Source of the DNA: Nitrosarchaeum sp.
GTDB lineage: Archaea > Thermoproteota > Nitrososphaeria > Nitrososphaerales > Nitrosopumilaceae
DNA length: 64,000 bases
Assembly: GCA_965223865.1 (NCBI GenBank)
Contig: OZ245020.1
Location: forward strand, 320,001 to 384,000
Direction: 5' to 3'
Positions 56,256 to 64,000 of this stretch are shown here, piece by piece (the stretch's first letter is position 1; each line of letters opens with the position of its first letter). The notes under the pieces were generated by a model, which ran no database searches, was not told the origin of the DNA, and saw only the letters and a list, made by a program, of their open reading frames with translations. The position numbers and the translations under genes were made by a program.

Positions 56256-57611
56256 TTGATAAGAAATAAGAAGAAAATCGTCATTTTGGGAGGAGGTTTT
56301 GCAGGTTTAGAATGCACTAGGAAACTAGAGGAGTATTTTAAGGATGATTCTGAAATAGAGATTGTACTTGTAAGTGAAGATAATTTCTTGTTATTTACTC
56401 CAATGTTACCACAAGTTGCATCTGGAATGATAGAAACAAGACATATTGTAATGCCAATTAGAACAATCACCAAAAAGGCCATTTTTTATGAGGGTCGAGT
56501 CAAAAATATAGATCCCTATGGAAAAATTGTAAATTTGTGGGGAAGTGGAAATAAAAGAGGAATTTCACTTCATTATGATTTTTTGATAGTTGCTTTAGGA
56601 AGTGAAACTAATTTTTTTGGAATGAGTGATCTTGAAAAGAATGCCTTTCAGATGAAGACTCTCAATGATGCAGTTATGGTAAGAAATAGGATTATTGATA
56701 TGCTTGAGCAAGCAGAAAATGAGACTAATCCAATTCTTAAAAAGAGTCTTCTAACCTTTGTGATTGTAGGAGGAGGTTTTGCAGGAATTGAGACTGCAGG
56801 AGAACTCATGGATCTTCTTTTGGATGTTAGAAAATACTATCCTAATATCAAAAGAGATGATATTCGTGTAATTGTATTAGAGGCATTACCAAACATTTTG
56901 CCTGGTTTTACTGAGAGTCTTGCAAGTTTTGCACAGGAAAAATTAACGGATCGTGGAATTGAAATTAAGTTGCAAACTGCAGTAACTAGTTTTGATGGAG
57001 ATGAAGTAATGATAAAGAAATTGAATGTTGATAAAGATAAAGTAGATAATTCAGTAATTAGTTCAATTCAGTCAAAGACTGTAATCTGGACTGCCGGAGT
57101 TACTCCAGTAAATACAATCAAAAGATCACTTTTCAAAACAGATAAGGGAAAAATCGTAGTTGATAAAAATTTGGAAGTAATAGATTTTCCAGGGGTGTTT
57201 GCTATTGGAGATTGTGCACTATTTTTTGATCCTAAAACAATGAAACCTTATGCACCAACTGCTCAGATTGCAGAAGCGCAAGCAAAAGTTGCAGCCATTA
57301 ATCTATATTCGATAATAAAAAATAAAGAGAAAACGGAATTTGTCTACGAGTCTAAGGGCCAGATGGCAATTATTGGAAAACGAACTGGAATTGCATCATT
57401 TATGGGAATGAATATTCACGGTCTTTTGGCATGGATTCTTTGGAGAAATGTGTACTTATCTAAAATTCCAACGTGGGACAAAAGATTTAGAGTCTTTCTT
57501 GATTGGGCAGCTGATACTCTGTTTGATAGGGACATATCAAGATTGAAGTTCATGAGACGTGAGCCAGAAAAAGAATACAAAGTTCTAGATGAAGTAGATG
57601 ATGTTTGGTAA
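56256..57611 (+). CDS. ndh: Type II NADH dehydrogenase-like FAD oxidoreductase
   Basis: Two GGGFAG Rossmann motifs, IWTAGV, AIGDC, APTAQIA and YESKGQMA. Confidence 0.88.
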   Translation: MIRNKKKIVILGGGFAGLECTRKLEEYFKDDSEIEIVLVSEDNFLLFTPMLPQVASGMIETRHIVMPIRTITKKAIFYEGRVKNIDPYGKIVNLWGSGNKRGISLHYDFLIVALGSETNFFGMSDLEKNAFQMKTLNDAVMVRNRIIDMLEQAENETNPILKKSLLTFVIVGGGFAGIETAGELMDLLLDVRKYYPNIKRDDIRVIVLEALPNILPGFTESLASFAQEKLTDRGIEIKLQTAVTSFDGDEVMIKKLNVDKDKVDNSVISSIQSKTVIWTAGVTPVNTIKRSLFKTDKGKIVVDKNLEVIDFPGVFAIGDCALFFDPKTMKPYAPTAQIAEAQAKVAAINLYSIIKNKEKTEFVYESKGQMAIIGKRTGIASFMGMNIHGLLAWILWRNVYLSKIPTWDKRFRVFLDWAADTLFDRDISRLKFMRREPEKEYKVLDEVDDVW

Positions 57612-57613
57612 GA

Positions 57614-59152
57614 TTATTTTCTAATTTTATAAATAATCATAGCAGGTGCGACAAAATACATTCCAATATTCATCAAAATTATTCCAATTCCATATCCTAG
57701 CATTTCTTGTTCGGAATTAATGTCAACATGATTTAGAAGAGATAAGCTGGTTAGCATTGGAGTCAGTACAATTTTTACAGTTTCTTTGAATAAAGGATTT
57801 TGGCGTTCTATATCTGCAATTGTTGGTGAGAATGAATAGTATAGTTGATTGAATTCTGTCATAAATACAGAACCTGATTTTGTTGAAAGTATTACATTAT
57901 CTCTTAATTCTCGTAGTTGTTGAATTTGAGGAGCTAACTCAGAGCCAAATGCCGCAGTAGCTATAAGACATCCACCGCCTTCCTCTTCATTTAGTATAGT
58001 TGCAGTTTCTTCTGAGAGAATTGAAAAAGAGTTTACAGATTCTTCGAATTTAGAAATTTCATTATCAAAATTTTCAATTCCATTACTGTATGCAAACGTA
58101 TAAAATTTTTCAGGAGTTGAAATTACAACTTCTCTGAATTTTACCTCAACTGATTGGCCATTGCTTTGAAACATACCTTGTGCATTTGTTACATAGGAAT
58201 CCTTGTTATTGATTTTGATTTTTTCTTGTGAAATTATTTCGAGATTACCAGATTCAATCGCACTCTTTAAAGATTCACCTTTTTCTAAAATTAGATCATC
58301 AAGGTTTTTTCCATTTGAATCACTTACTGCTAGAGATATTACTGGATTTACTGATCCGATTTTTGGTCCTACTGCAACTACATCAGGTATATTCTCATCC
58401 GTTTTCTCAGGTTCTTGTAGTAACCATCCAGCAGGTGCCTTAAAACCAATTCCTAAAGATTCGTTTTCAAAGAATTGGCTTTCAGGAGGTGTAGAAACTA
58501 TCGATTCAGTTCTTTGAGGTTCGCCAAGTTCAAGTAAATTTGATACTTCTGAACGATTAATGACTTCAGCCTTGGTGATTCTAACTTGTTCTATATCAAC
58601 TGGAATGTCTCGGGCTTTTGTTTCAACTGAGGCAATTTTATCAAGAGTATCAAAGCTTTCTTGTGTTACAATCCTGCCAAATACGGTATATTGTTCATCA
58701 AGATTTGTCCAATCTTGCATATTTGGTTGATCTGGTTTATCTTTGTGAACTATGAAAAATTGAGAACCTGCACTGTTAGGATCTGCCGCTCTTGCCATAG
58801 AAACAATTCCGCGTTTATGCTTTATGTTGTTAAATTCAGCATTTATAGAATCTCCCGGTCCTCCAGTTCCCCATGTGCTTTCATCTCCACTTTTTGTGTT
58901 AGGATCTCCTCCCTGAATCATAAATCCAGAAATTATTCGGTGAAAAAGAGTACCATCATAAAATCCAGTATTAGCTAATTCAATAAAATTAGTGACATGA
59001 TTAGGAGATTCGTCTGGGAAAAATTCTATTGTAATATTTCCTAGGTTAGTGTGCAAGATTACAAGTTTGTCATCAGTCTGGGCAAATGACTGGTTTTCAA
59101 GTCCGATAAATAGTAAAGATAACGTAATAATTGCAAAAACTACTTTCAACAA
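57614..59152 (-). CDS. Secreted cyclophilin-type PPIase with PsbP-like domain and CFI-box C-terminal domain
   Basis: FHRIISGFMIQGGDP, SMARA..PNSAGSQFFI and GGGCLIATAAFGSELAPQ motifs. Confidence 0.9.
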   Translation of the reverse strand: MLKVVFAIITLSLLFIGLENQSFAQTDDKLVILHTNLGNITIEFFPDESPNHVTNFIELANTGFYDGTLFHRIISGFMIQGGDPNTKSGDESTWGTGGPGDSINAEFNNIKHKRGIVSMARAADPNSAGSQFFIVHKDKPDQPNMQDWTNLDEQYTVFGRIVTQESFDTLDKIASVETKARDIPVDIEQVRITKAEVINRSEVSNLLELGEPQRTESIVSTPPESQFFENESLGIGFKAPAGWLLQEPEKTDENIPDVVAVGPKIGSVNPVISLAVSDSNGKNLDDLILEKGESLKSAIESGNLEIISQEKIKINNKDSYVTNAQGMFQSNGQSVEVKFREVVISTPEKFYTFAYSNGIENFDNEISKFEESVNSFSILSEETATILNEEEGGGCLIATAAFGSELAPQIQQLRELRDNVILSTKSGSVFMTEFNQLYYSFSPTIADIERQNPLFKETVKIVLTPMLTSLSLLNHVDINSEQEMLGYGIGIILMNIGMYFVAPAMIIYKIRK

Positions 59153-59217
59153 AAAAATCTCTTTATCCCTTACTTAAAAGCCAATTGTATTAGTTTTTAA
59201 CAAGTATTTGAAAATAG

Positions 59218-59715
59218 TTGGATATGGAACCTGATGAAAAAATTCAGGCACATTTAGTTTCTGTTTGGAGGGAATCAAAAAAGATCTTCTCAATTGGTGG
59301 AAGAGAAGGCATGTTGATTTTGACAGATAGGCATTTGATGTTTGTTCATAAAACTGAAGCAAAGATGAAGTGGTGGCAAGCAGTTACTCAAAGACAAGTT
59401 GTGAGTTTTATTAGATCAAAAAATACGATGATTATTCATGATGGATATGATGAGACTAATCTCATGAAAGATTTAGAAAATAAAAAAAATGTAGAGATTT
59501 CATTTGATGATATTACAAGTATTTCTCATGAAGAAAAACCATGGGGAAGTGTTTTAATGCTAGAATACAAAAAAGATGAAAAGAAGGAAAAATTCCAATA
59601 TTCAATAGTCCAAGATTGGGTGAAATATCCAGCTAAGGATCCAACCAAACGCATGAGAGTTGATTGGGAGCCTTTTGTTCAATATATTAAAGACAGACAG
59701 AAATTTACAAGATAA
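59218..59715 (+). CDS. Hypothetical protein (PH-like pattern)
   Basis: GMLILTDRHLMFV...ISFDDITSI. Confidence 0.7.
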   Translation: MDMEPDEKIQAHLVSVWRESKKIFSIGGREGMLILTDRHLMFVHKTEAKMKWWQAVTQRQVVSFIRSKNTMIIHDGYDETNLMKDLENKKNVEISFDDITSISHEEKPWGSVLMLEYKKDEKKEKFQYSIVQDWVKYPAKDPTKRMRVDWEPFVQYIKDRQKFTR

Positions 59716-59717
59716 AA

Positions 59718-60434
59718 TTGGGAAAAATTTATGCAGTAGGTGTGGGTCCAGGTTCACCAAAATTTGTAACAGAAATTGTAAGAGAAGTCATACAAAATTG
59801 TCATGTTGTAATTGGCTACAAGTATACACTAAAAACAATTGAGCATTTGTTAGAAGGAAAAGAAGTTTACGAAATTACTATGAATAATCAAGAAGAGTCT
59901 TATCAAAAAATTCTACCAGAATTAGGAGAACGAACTTTGGTAATTCCTTTTACAGGCGATGTTAATTTTTCAGAATCTGAAGTTGTTGATAGACTAATCG
60001 AGGTTTTTGGTCAAATAGAAATTATACCTGGAATAAGTTCTATTCAGGTTGCAGCTGCAAAAGCCAAGATTCCTTTAGACAAATCCAAAGTTATTACAAT
60101 GCATGTTACAACATCGATTGAGGAAAAAAAATTAGAACTACAAAAGGCGTTGATTGATGGATTCAGTGTTATTTTGATTCCAAGGCCATGGCCAAAGCAA
60201 CCTGATAAGCACTTTATGCCATCTGAAATTGCAATTTATCTTAAAAATAATGGATTTGATACTAAAAAAATGAAAGTTCATGTCTTTGAGGCATTAACTA
60301 CTGAAAAGGAAACAAGTTTCGTTGGCAATGTAAAAGATTTGGAAGGAAAAGAATTTTCAGATCTATCTGTAATGGTTTTCAATCAATCTATTTTAGATTC
60401 ATATATAAATTACAAATGGCAGTGGAAAAACTAA
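59718..60434 (+). CDS. cbiE: Cobalt-precorrin-7 C5-methyltransferase
   Basis: AVGVGPGS, TGDVNFS, PGISSIQVAAA and FSDLSVMV motifs. Confidence 0.85.
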   Translation: MGKIYAVGVGPGSPKFVTEIVREVIQNCHVVIGYKYTLKTIEHLLEGKEVYEITMNNQEESYQKILPELGERTLVIPFTGDVNFSESEVVDRLIEVFGQIEIIPGISSIQVAAAKAKIPLDKSKVITMHVTTSIEEKKLELQKALIDGFSVILIPRPWPKQPDKHFMPSEIAIYLKNNGFDTKKMKVHVFEALTTEKETSFVGNVKDLEGKEFSDLSVMVFNQSILDSYINYKWQWKN

Positions 60435-61366
60435 TTGCCCAAATTTTGACCTTGGCCTAGAATTAAACTATCTACATCTGGGAATACATATGCCACAATT
60501 TTCATCCATTGATAATCTGGATCATAAAGTCTGTAGAATCCTGCTTCATCTAATGATATTGTTATTGATTCTCCTGGGGAAATATCTCCTGTTGATATTC
60601 TGCCATCTGGAGTAAATTGATTATAGCGGTCTCCATAGTTTTCTTTACCACTTTGAATACTATGAGAAACAACATCATCATTTACAATAGTGATGGTGGT
60701 TCCTGGCTCAACTGAAATCCTATCTTGTGAAAAGTATCTTAGTCTAAATGGATCAGATGAGCTTTGAGATGTTGCTTGTTCTGTAATGGAGCTTCCTTCA
60801 ATGTAACTACTAATAATTCCCTGGGATGATGAGCCTTCAAGAATATGGATAATTATTTGATCCTCAGATACTGTTGATTCGGTTGGAATTGGCTCAATTG
60901 TTGATAAATTAGAAAGTTTTGTTGTATAGATAATTTTGTAGGAATCATCACCATTTGTAACCCTGCCAGTAAATCCATACACCGAGGCAGACTTGCTCTC
61001 TTCAACTAGTCTTCCAAATAATCCTAATGATGCCTTAATGCCTGATTCGTCTTCAATATTACCATTAATTCTAATGTACTTTCCTTCTCGTAAAAATGTG
61101 GCCTGTAATTCTGTAGCAAGAAAGTCTTGATTATCTAAGGTGATGAATCCATCTTTAACTGTTGAATTAATTGAACTTCCAATCTGTTGTTGTGAAAATA
61201 TTGCCAAGTCCATTTCAGAAATTCTAATAATTTCTTCACTAACTGCAAATCCAGCTCCCTCTAAGATGAAGGTATTATTTGGTGTGATTTCTCCAAATGC
61301 CGTTGAAAATGAGAATCCTAGTGAAATTACTAGTAATGTAAATAATCCTGTTGTTAAAATTCTCAC
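60431..61366 (-). CDS. Secreted protein with a C-terminal cupredoxin-fold domain lacking Cys/His copper ligands
   Basis: VEPGTTITIVNDDVVSHSIQSG...ISPGES...AGFYRLYDPDYQWM. Confidence 0.75.
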   Translation of the reverse strand: MRILTTGLFTLLVISLGFSFSTAFGEITPNNTFILEGAGFAVSEEIIRISEMDLAIFSQQQIGSSINSTVKDGFITLDNQDFLATELQATFLREGKYIRINGNIEDESGIKASLGLFGRLVEESKSASVYGFTGRVTNGDDSYKIIYTTKLSNLSTIEPIPTESTVSEDQIIIHILEGSSSQGIISSYIEGSSITEQATSQSSSDPFRLRYFSQDRISVEPGTTITIVNDDVVSHSIQSGKENYGDRYNQFTPDGRISTGDISPGESITISLDEAGFYRLYDPDYQWMKIVAYVFPDVDSLILGQGQNLGN

Positions 61367-61475
61367 ATTAGATTTTTAGTGTGATTTGGTTTATAATTTG
61401 CTACTAAATAATTTTAGATGTAAGATATAGTATATCTAAACACCTTTTTCACAAAAAATTCTGTCTATTATAATA

Positions 61476-62012
61476 TTAGAAACCAGGCATCTCAAAACCT
61501 TCATCTACTGCAAGTTTAATCATATAGTCTTCCAGAAATCCTCCTGCTAATAGAAGGCCTATTACAATGCCAACTTCTATCCCCGTTGGTTTTAGGAAAG
61601 GAATCAGGTTGATTTTTTTGCTTATTGCTCTAATCAGGATGAAACTTCTCGAGGTTGCTAAAGAATAGGCTACAAGCTCCATGATTCCAAATGGAGATAG
61701 ATAGAGTATTGCCAAAGGAGGTATCTCATTTAATTGAGGATTTATAGTCATTATTGCCGAAAAAGCAAAGCCTGTAGACCAAGCAGAAAATAATCCCCAT
61801 GCAACTCCGAATCCTGGAATAAACATTGGTAGTGAGATAGTTGTGTTATGAAGAAATATTCCAATAGCGTCAATGTCCTTTACAAGTTCTTCAAATTCGG
61901 CCATGAATGCCTCTGCTTCCTCATTGGAGACCTCAGAGAACGAACCCAATTGGTATGCTGCAGAAAATAATCCCATAAAAACAAAAAAAGCAATAATCCT
62001 AATTTTGGACAC
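61476..62012 (-). CDS. SpoIIM/DUF95 family membrane protein
   Basis: IFLHN, PFGIMELVAY and LLAGGFLE motifs. Confidence 0.8.
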   Translation of the reverse strand: MSKIRIIAFFVFMGLFSAAYQLGSFSEVSNEEAEAFMAEFEELVKDIDAIGIFLHNTTISLPMFIPGFGVAWGLFSAWSTGFAFSAIMTINPQLNEIPPLAILYLSPFGIMELVAYSLATSRSFILIRAISKKINLIPFLKPTGIEVGIVIGLLLAGGFLEDYMIKLAVDEGFEMPGF

Positions 62013-62089
62013 AAAAAAATTTGTTTAATACAATATTTGAGGCTTCGTAGTATAGGCGCAGATTTAATTAAACCACAAATTATTCCTCG

Positions 62090-63538
62090 ATGTTGAAAAA
62101 GGAATTAACCTTTGTTTTGAATTATGCGTTAAATAAGGGATTTCAAATTCATCCTGATGCTTTAAAGATTTTAGAAAATGTAGATTTGAAAAAATTAGAG
62201 AAAATTATCAAAGAAATTGTAAGAGAAAAGAGCAAACAGAAATTATTTCAAATTAGTCAGGATGACCTTGAGACCTACTTGGGAATCAAAGAGGATCAAA
62301 CCTTGCAAAATGAGCATAAGATTTTGTCTGATCCCACCTCAAAGATTACGACTGGTGAGGGTGTGAAAGGATACAATGCATTATTTTCTAGCCGATTCAA
62401 CAAGCTTAAGAGAATCATTTCTGATAGACCTGAGTCAAGGATGATCAAATCCATTGCGTCTGTAAAGGCGGCAAAATCTGAAGATGATATGTATATTTGT
62501 GGTTTAGTTTCAGCAAGAAATACTGAAAGAAATGTTACAAAATTAGTTTTGGAAGATCCTTCAGGAAGTTTTGAGGGTATTGTGTTTGATGGAGAATTAC
62601 AAAATGCTGCAGGTACCTTACTAATTGACCAGTTTGTTATGGTAAGAATTAGTATTGGGAAAAATGCAGGTTTTATCATTAAAGATTTGATTTTACCGGA
62701 TATTCCTGATCAGGCTACAAACAGGTCTGAGACAGAGACTTTTGCTGTATTTCTATCAGATCTTCATATTGGTAGTAAATACTTCATGGAAGAGGAGTTT
62801 ACAAATTTTGTTAATTGGATCTCAAGTCCTGATCCTGTGGCAAGAAAAATTCGATATGTGTTAATCGGAGGAGATATTGTAGATGGGGTAGGAATCTATC
62901 CCAATCAAGACAAGGAATTGGTTTGTAAGACAATAGAAGAACAACTAAAGAAATTGGAGGGTCTGCTAGATAAAATTCCAAAATATGTCAAAATAATCAT
63001 TATGCCAGGCAATCATGATCCTGGACGTAGGGCTTTACCCCAACCCGCAATTCCAAAAAAATACAATCCTAGTTTATGGGACAGAGATAATGTTTTCATG
63101 GTAGGAAATCCAGCCATGGTTTCTCTAAATGGGGTAAAAATTTTGATGTTTCACGGTCAAAGTATAGATGATATTGTAAAGACAACCCCAGGTCTGAGTT
63201 ATGATAATCCTGCAAATGTCATGAAACATCTTTTGAGAGCAAGACATCTTAGTCCAATTTATGGTAGCCAGACACCAATTGCTCCAGAAATAGAAGATCT
63301 TATGGTTATTGATGAAATTCCAGATATTTTTCATGTAGGTCATGTGCATAGAGCACAATTAGATATGTACAAGGGAATTTTATTGGTGAATTCAGGTTCA
63401 TGGCAAAAACAAACTCCATTTCAGGCAAGTGTAGGAATGACTCCGAATCCTGGAATTGCTTTAATGGTTAATTTGAAAACTTTTCAGGTATTTCATGAAA
63501 ACTATAATTCTAATTTAAACAATATCCTTCAAAGTTAG
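62090..63538 (+). CDS. polB: DNA polymerase D small (proofreading) subunit DP1
   Basis: OB fold plus calcineurin-like motifs SDLHIGS, GDIVDG, PGNHD, HG, RHLSP and GHVH. Confidence 0.95.
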   Translation: MLKKELTFVLNYALNKGFQIHPDALKILENVDLKKLEKIIKEIVREKSKQKLFQISQDDLETYLGIKEDQTLQNEHKILSDPTSKITTGEGVKGYNALFSSRFNKLKRIISDRPESRMIKSIASVKAAKSEDDMYICGLVSARNTERNVTKLVLEDPSGSFEGIVFDGELQNAAGTLLIDQFVMVRISIGKNAGFIIKDLILPDIPDQATNRSETETFAVFLSDLHIGSKYFMEEEFTNFVNWISSPDPVARKIRYVLIGGDIVDGVGIYPNQDKELVCKTIEEQLKKLEGLLDKIPKYVKIIIMPGNHDPGRRALPQPAIPKKYNPSLWDRDNVFMVGNPAMVSLNGVKILMFHGQSIDDIVKTTPGLSYDNPANVMKHLLRARHLSPIYGSQTPIAPEIEDLMVIDEIPDIFHVGHVHRAQLDMYKGILLVNSGSWQKQTPFQASVGMTPNPGIALMVNLKTFQVFHENYNSNLNNILQS

Positions 63539-64000
63539 GTCGTCTTTGAATGTTTTTTTAACCATTTCAGAGGAAATTGTTAGTTTGTATTTTTTGGTCC
63601 TTCCATGAATTCCTTGATGGACAAGTCTTCCAGTAATAATACCAGATAATTCGATTTCGCTTAGCATTTGAGTTATTCTTCTCTGAGTAAGTTCATCTCT
63701 TCCTACAGATTTACATAGAGATTTGTATGATGAATATATTTCACCAGTAGATGAGCCAGAGGCTTTCATTATTGCAAGAATAAGTAATTTTTCATGTAGA
63801 GGGTATGATTTTAGGGATGTTTCCTCTTTATTTTCTTCAATTTTTTGGGATGCATATCTAACATGTTCCTTTGTCACTTTGTCTGATTGTTGTCTTTCTG
63901 CAAGTTCTCCTGCAACTCGGATTAGGTCAATTGCTCGTCTTGCATCACCATGCTCACCTCCTGCTAGAGCCGCACAAAGATTTAGTGCTGATTCTTCAAC
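63515..64000 (-). CDS. cdc6: Orc1/Cdc6 replication initiator, C-terminal part (runs off the window end)
   Basis: Minus strand reads HGDARRAIDLIRVAGELAER, then wH domain LTQRRITQMLSEIELSGII...GRTK. Confidence 0.92.
   Translation of the reverse strand, partial: VEESALNLCAALAGGEHGDARRAIDLIRVAGELAERQQSDKVTKEHVRYASQKIEENKEETSLKSYPLHEKLLILAIMKASGSSTGEIYSSYKSLCKSVGRDELTQRRITQMLSEIELSGIITGRLVHQGIHGRTKKYKLTISSEMVKKTFKDDLTLKDIV

Noticed and set aside
1677-63358. Many antisense ORFs in the track (e.g. 1677-2111, 3205-3633, 46858-47373, 53871-54482, 62296-62679)
   Set aside because: They lie opposite well-supported genes and carry no recognisable motifs.

Overview
AT-rich archaeal chromosomal DNA whose gene content and order point to an ammonia-oxidising thaumarchaeon of the Nitrosopumilus type (inference from TFB paralogues, ESCRT-III/CdvB, PolD DP1, Orc1/Cdc6, cobalamin cbi genes, and CFI-box and IPxWIKN-type secreted proteins). 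About 1-32.7 kb and 53.3-64 kb are mostly housekeeping: cobalamin, sulfate assimilation, preQ0/archaeosine, aconitase X, RqcH, Hsp20-Cdc48, PolD and Cdc6. About 32.7-53.3 kb is an accessory stress/dormancy/sulfur/metal region with four USPs, four CBS proteins (one a CBS-HPF fusion resembling a hibernation factor), two Hsp20s, CrcB, a rhodanese-MBL/TauE module, two ribbon-helix-helix regulators and many micro-proteins. That region holds three exact 90-116 bp inverted repeat pairs and one 109 bp direct repeat pair, with no recombinase in the window. Other notable signals are a variant fluoride riboswitch with an apparent anti-RBS helix before crcB, two unassigned GC-rich structured RNA candidates, a four-copy TGCA-N6-TGCA promoter motif, and a Cdc48 gene in which the two AAA domains are fused into one. 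No rRNA, tRNA, CRISPR array or transposase was seen.
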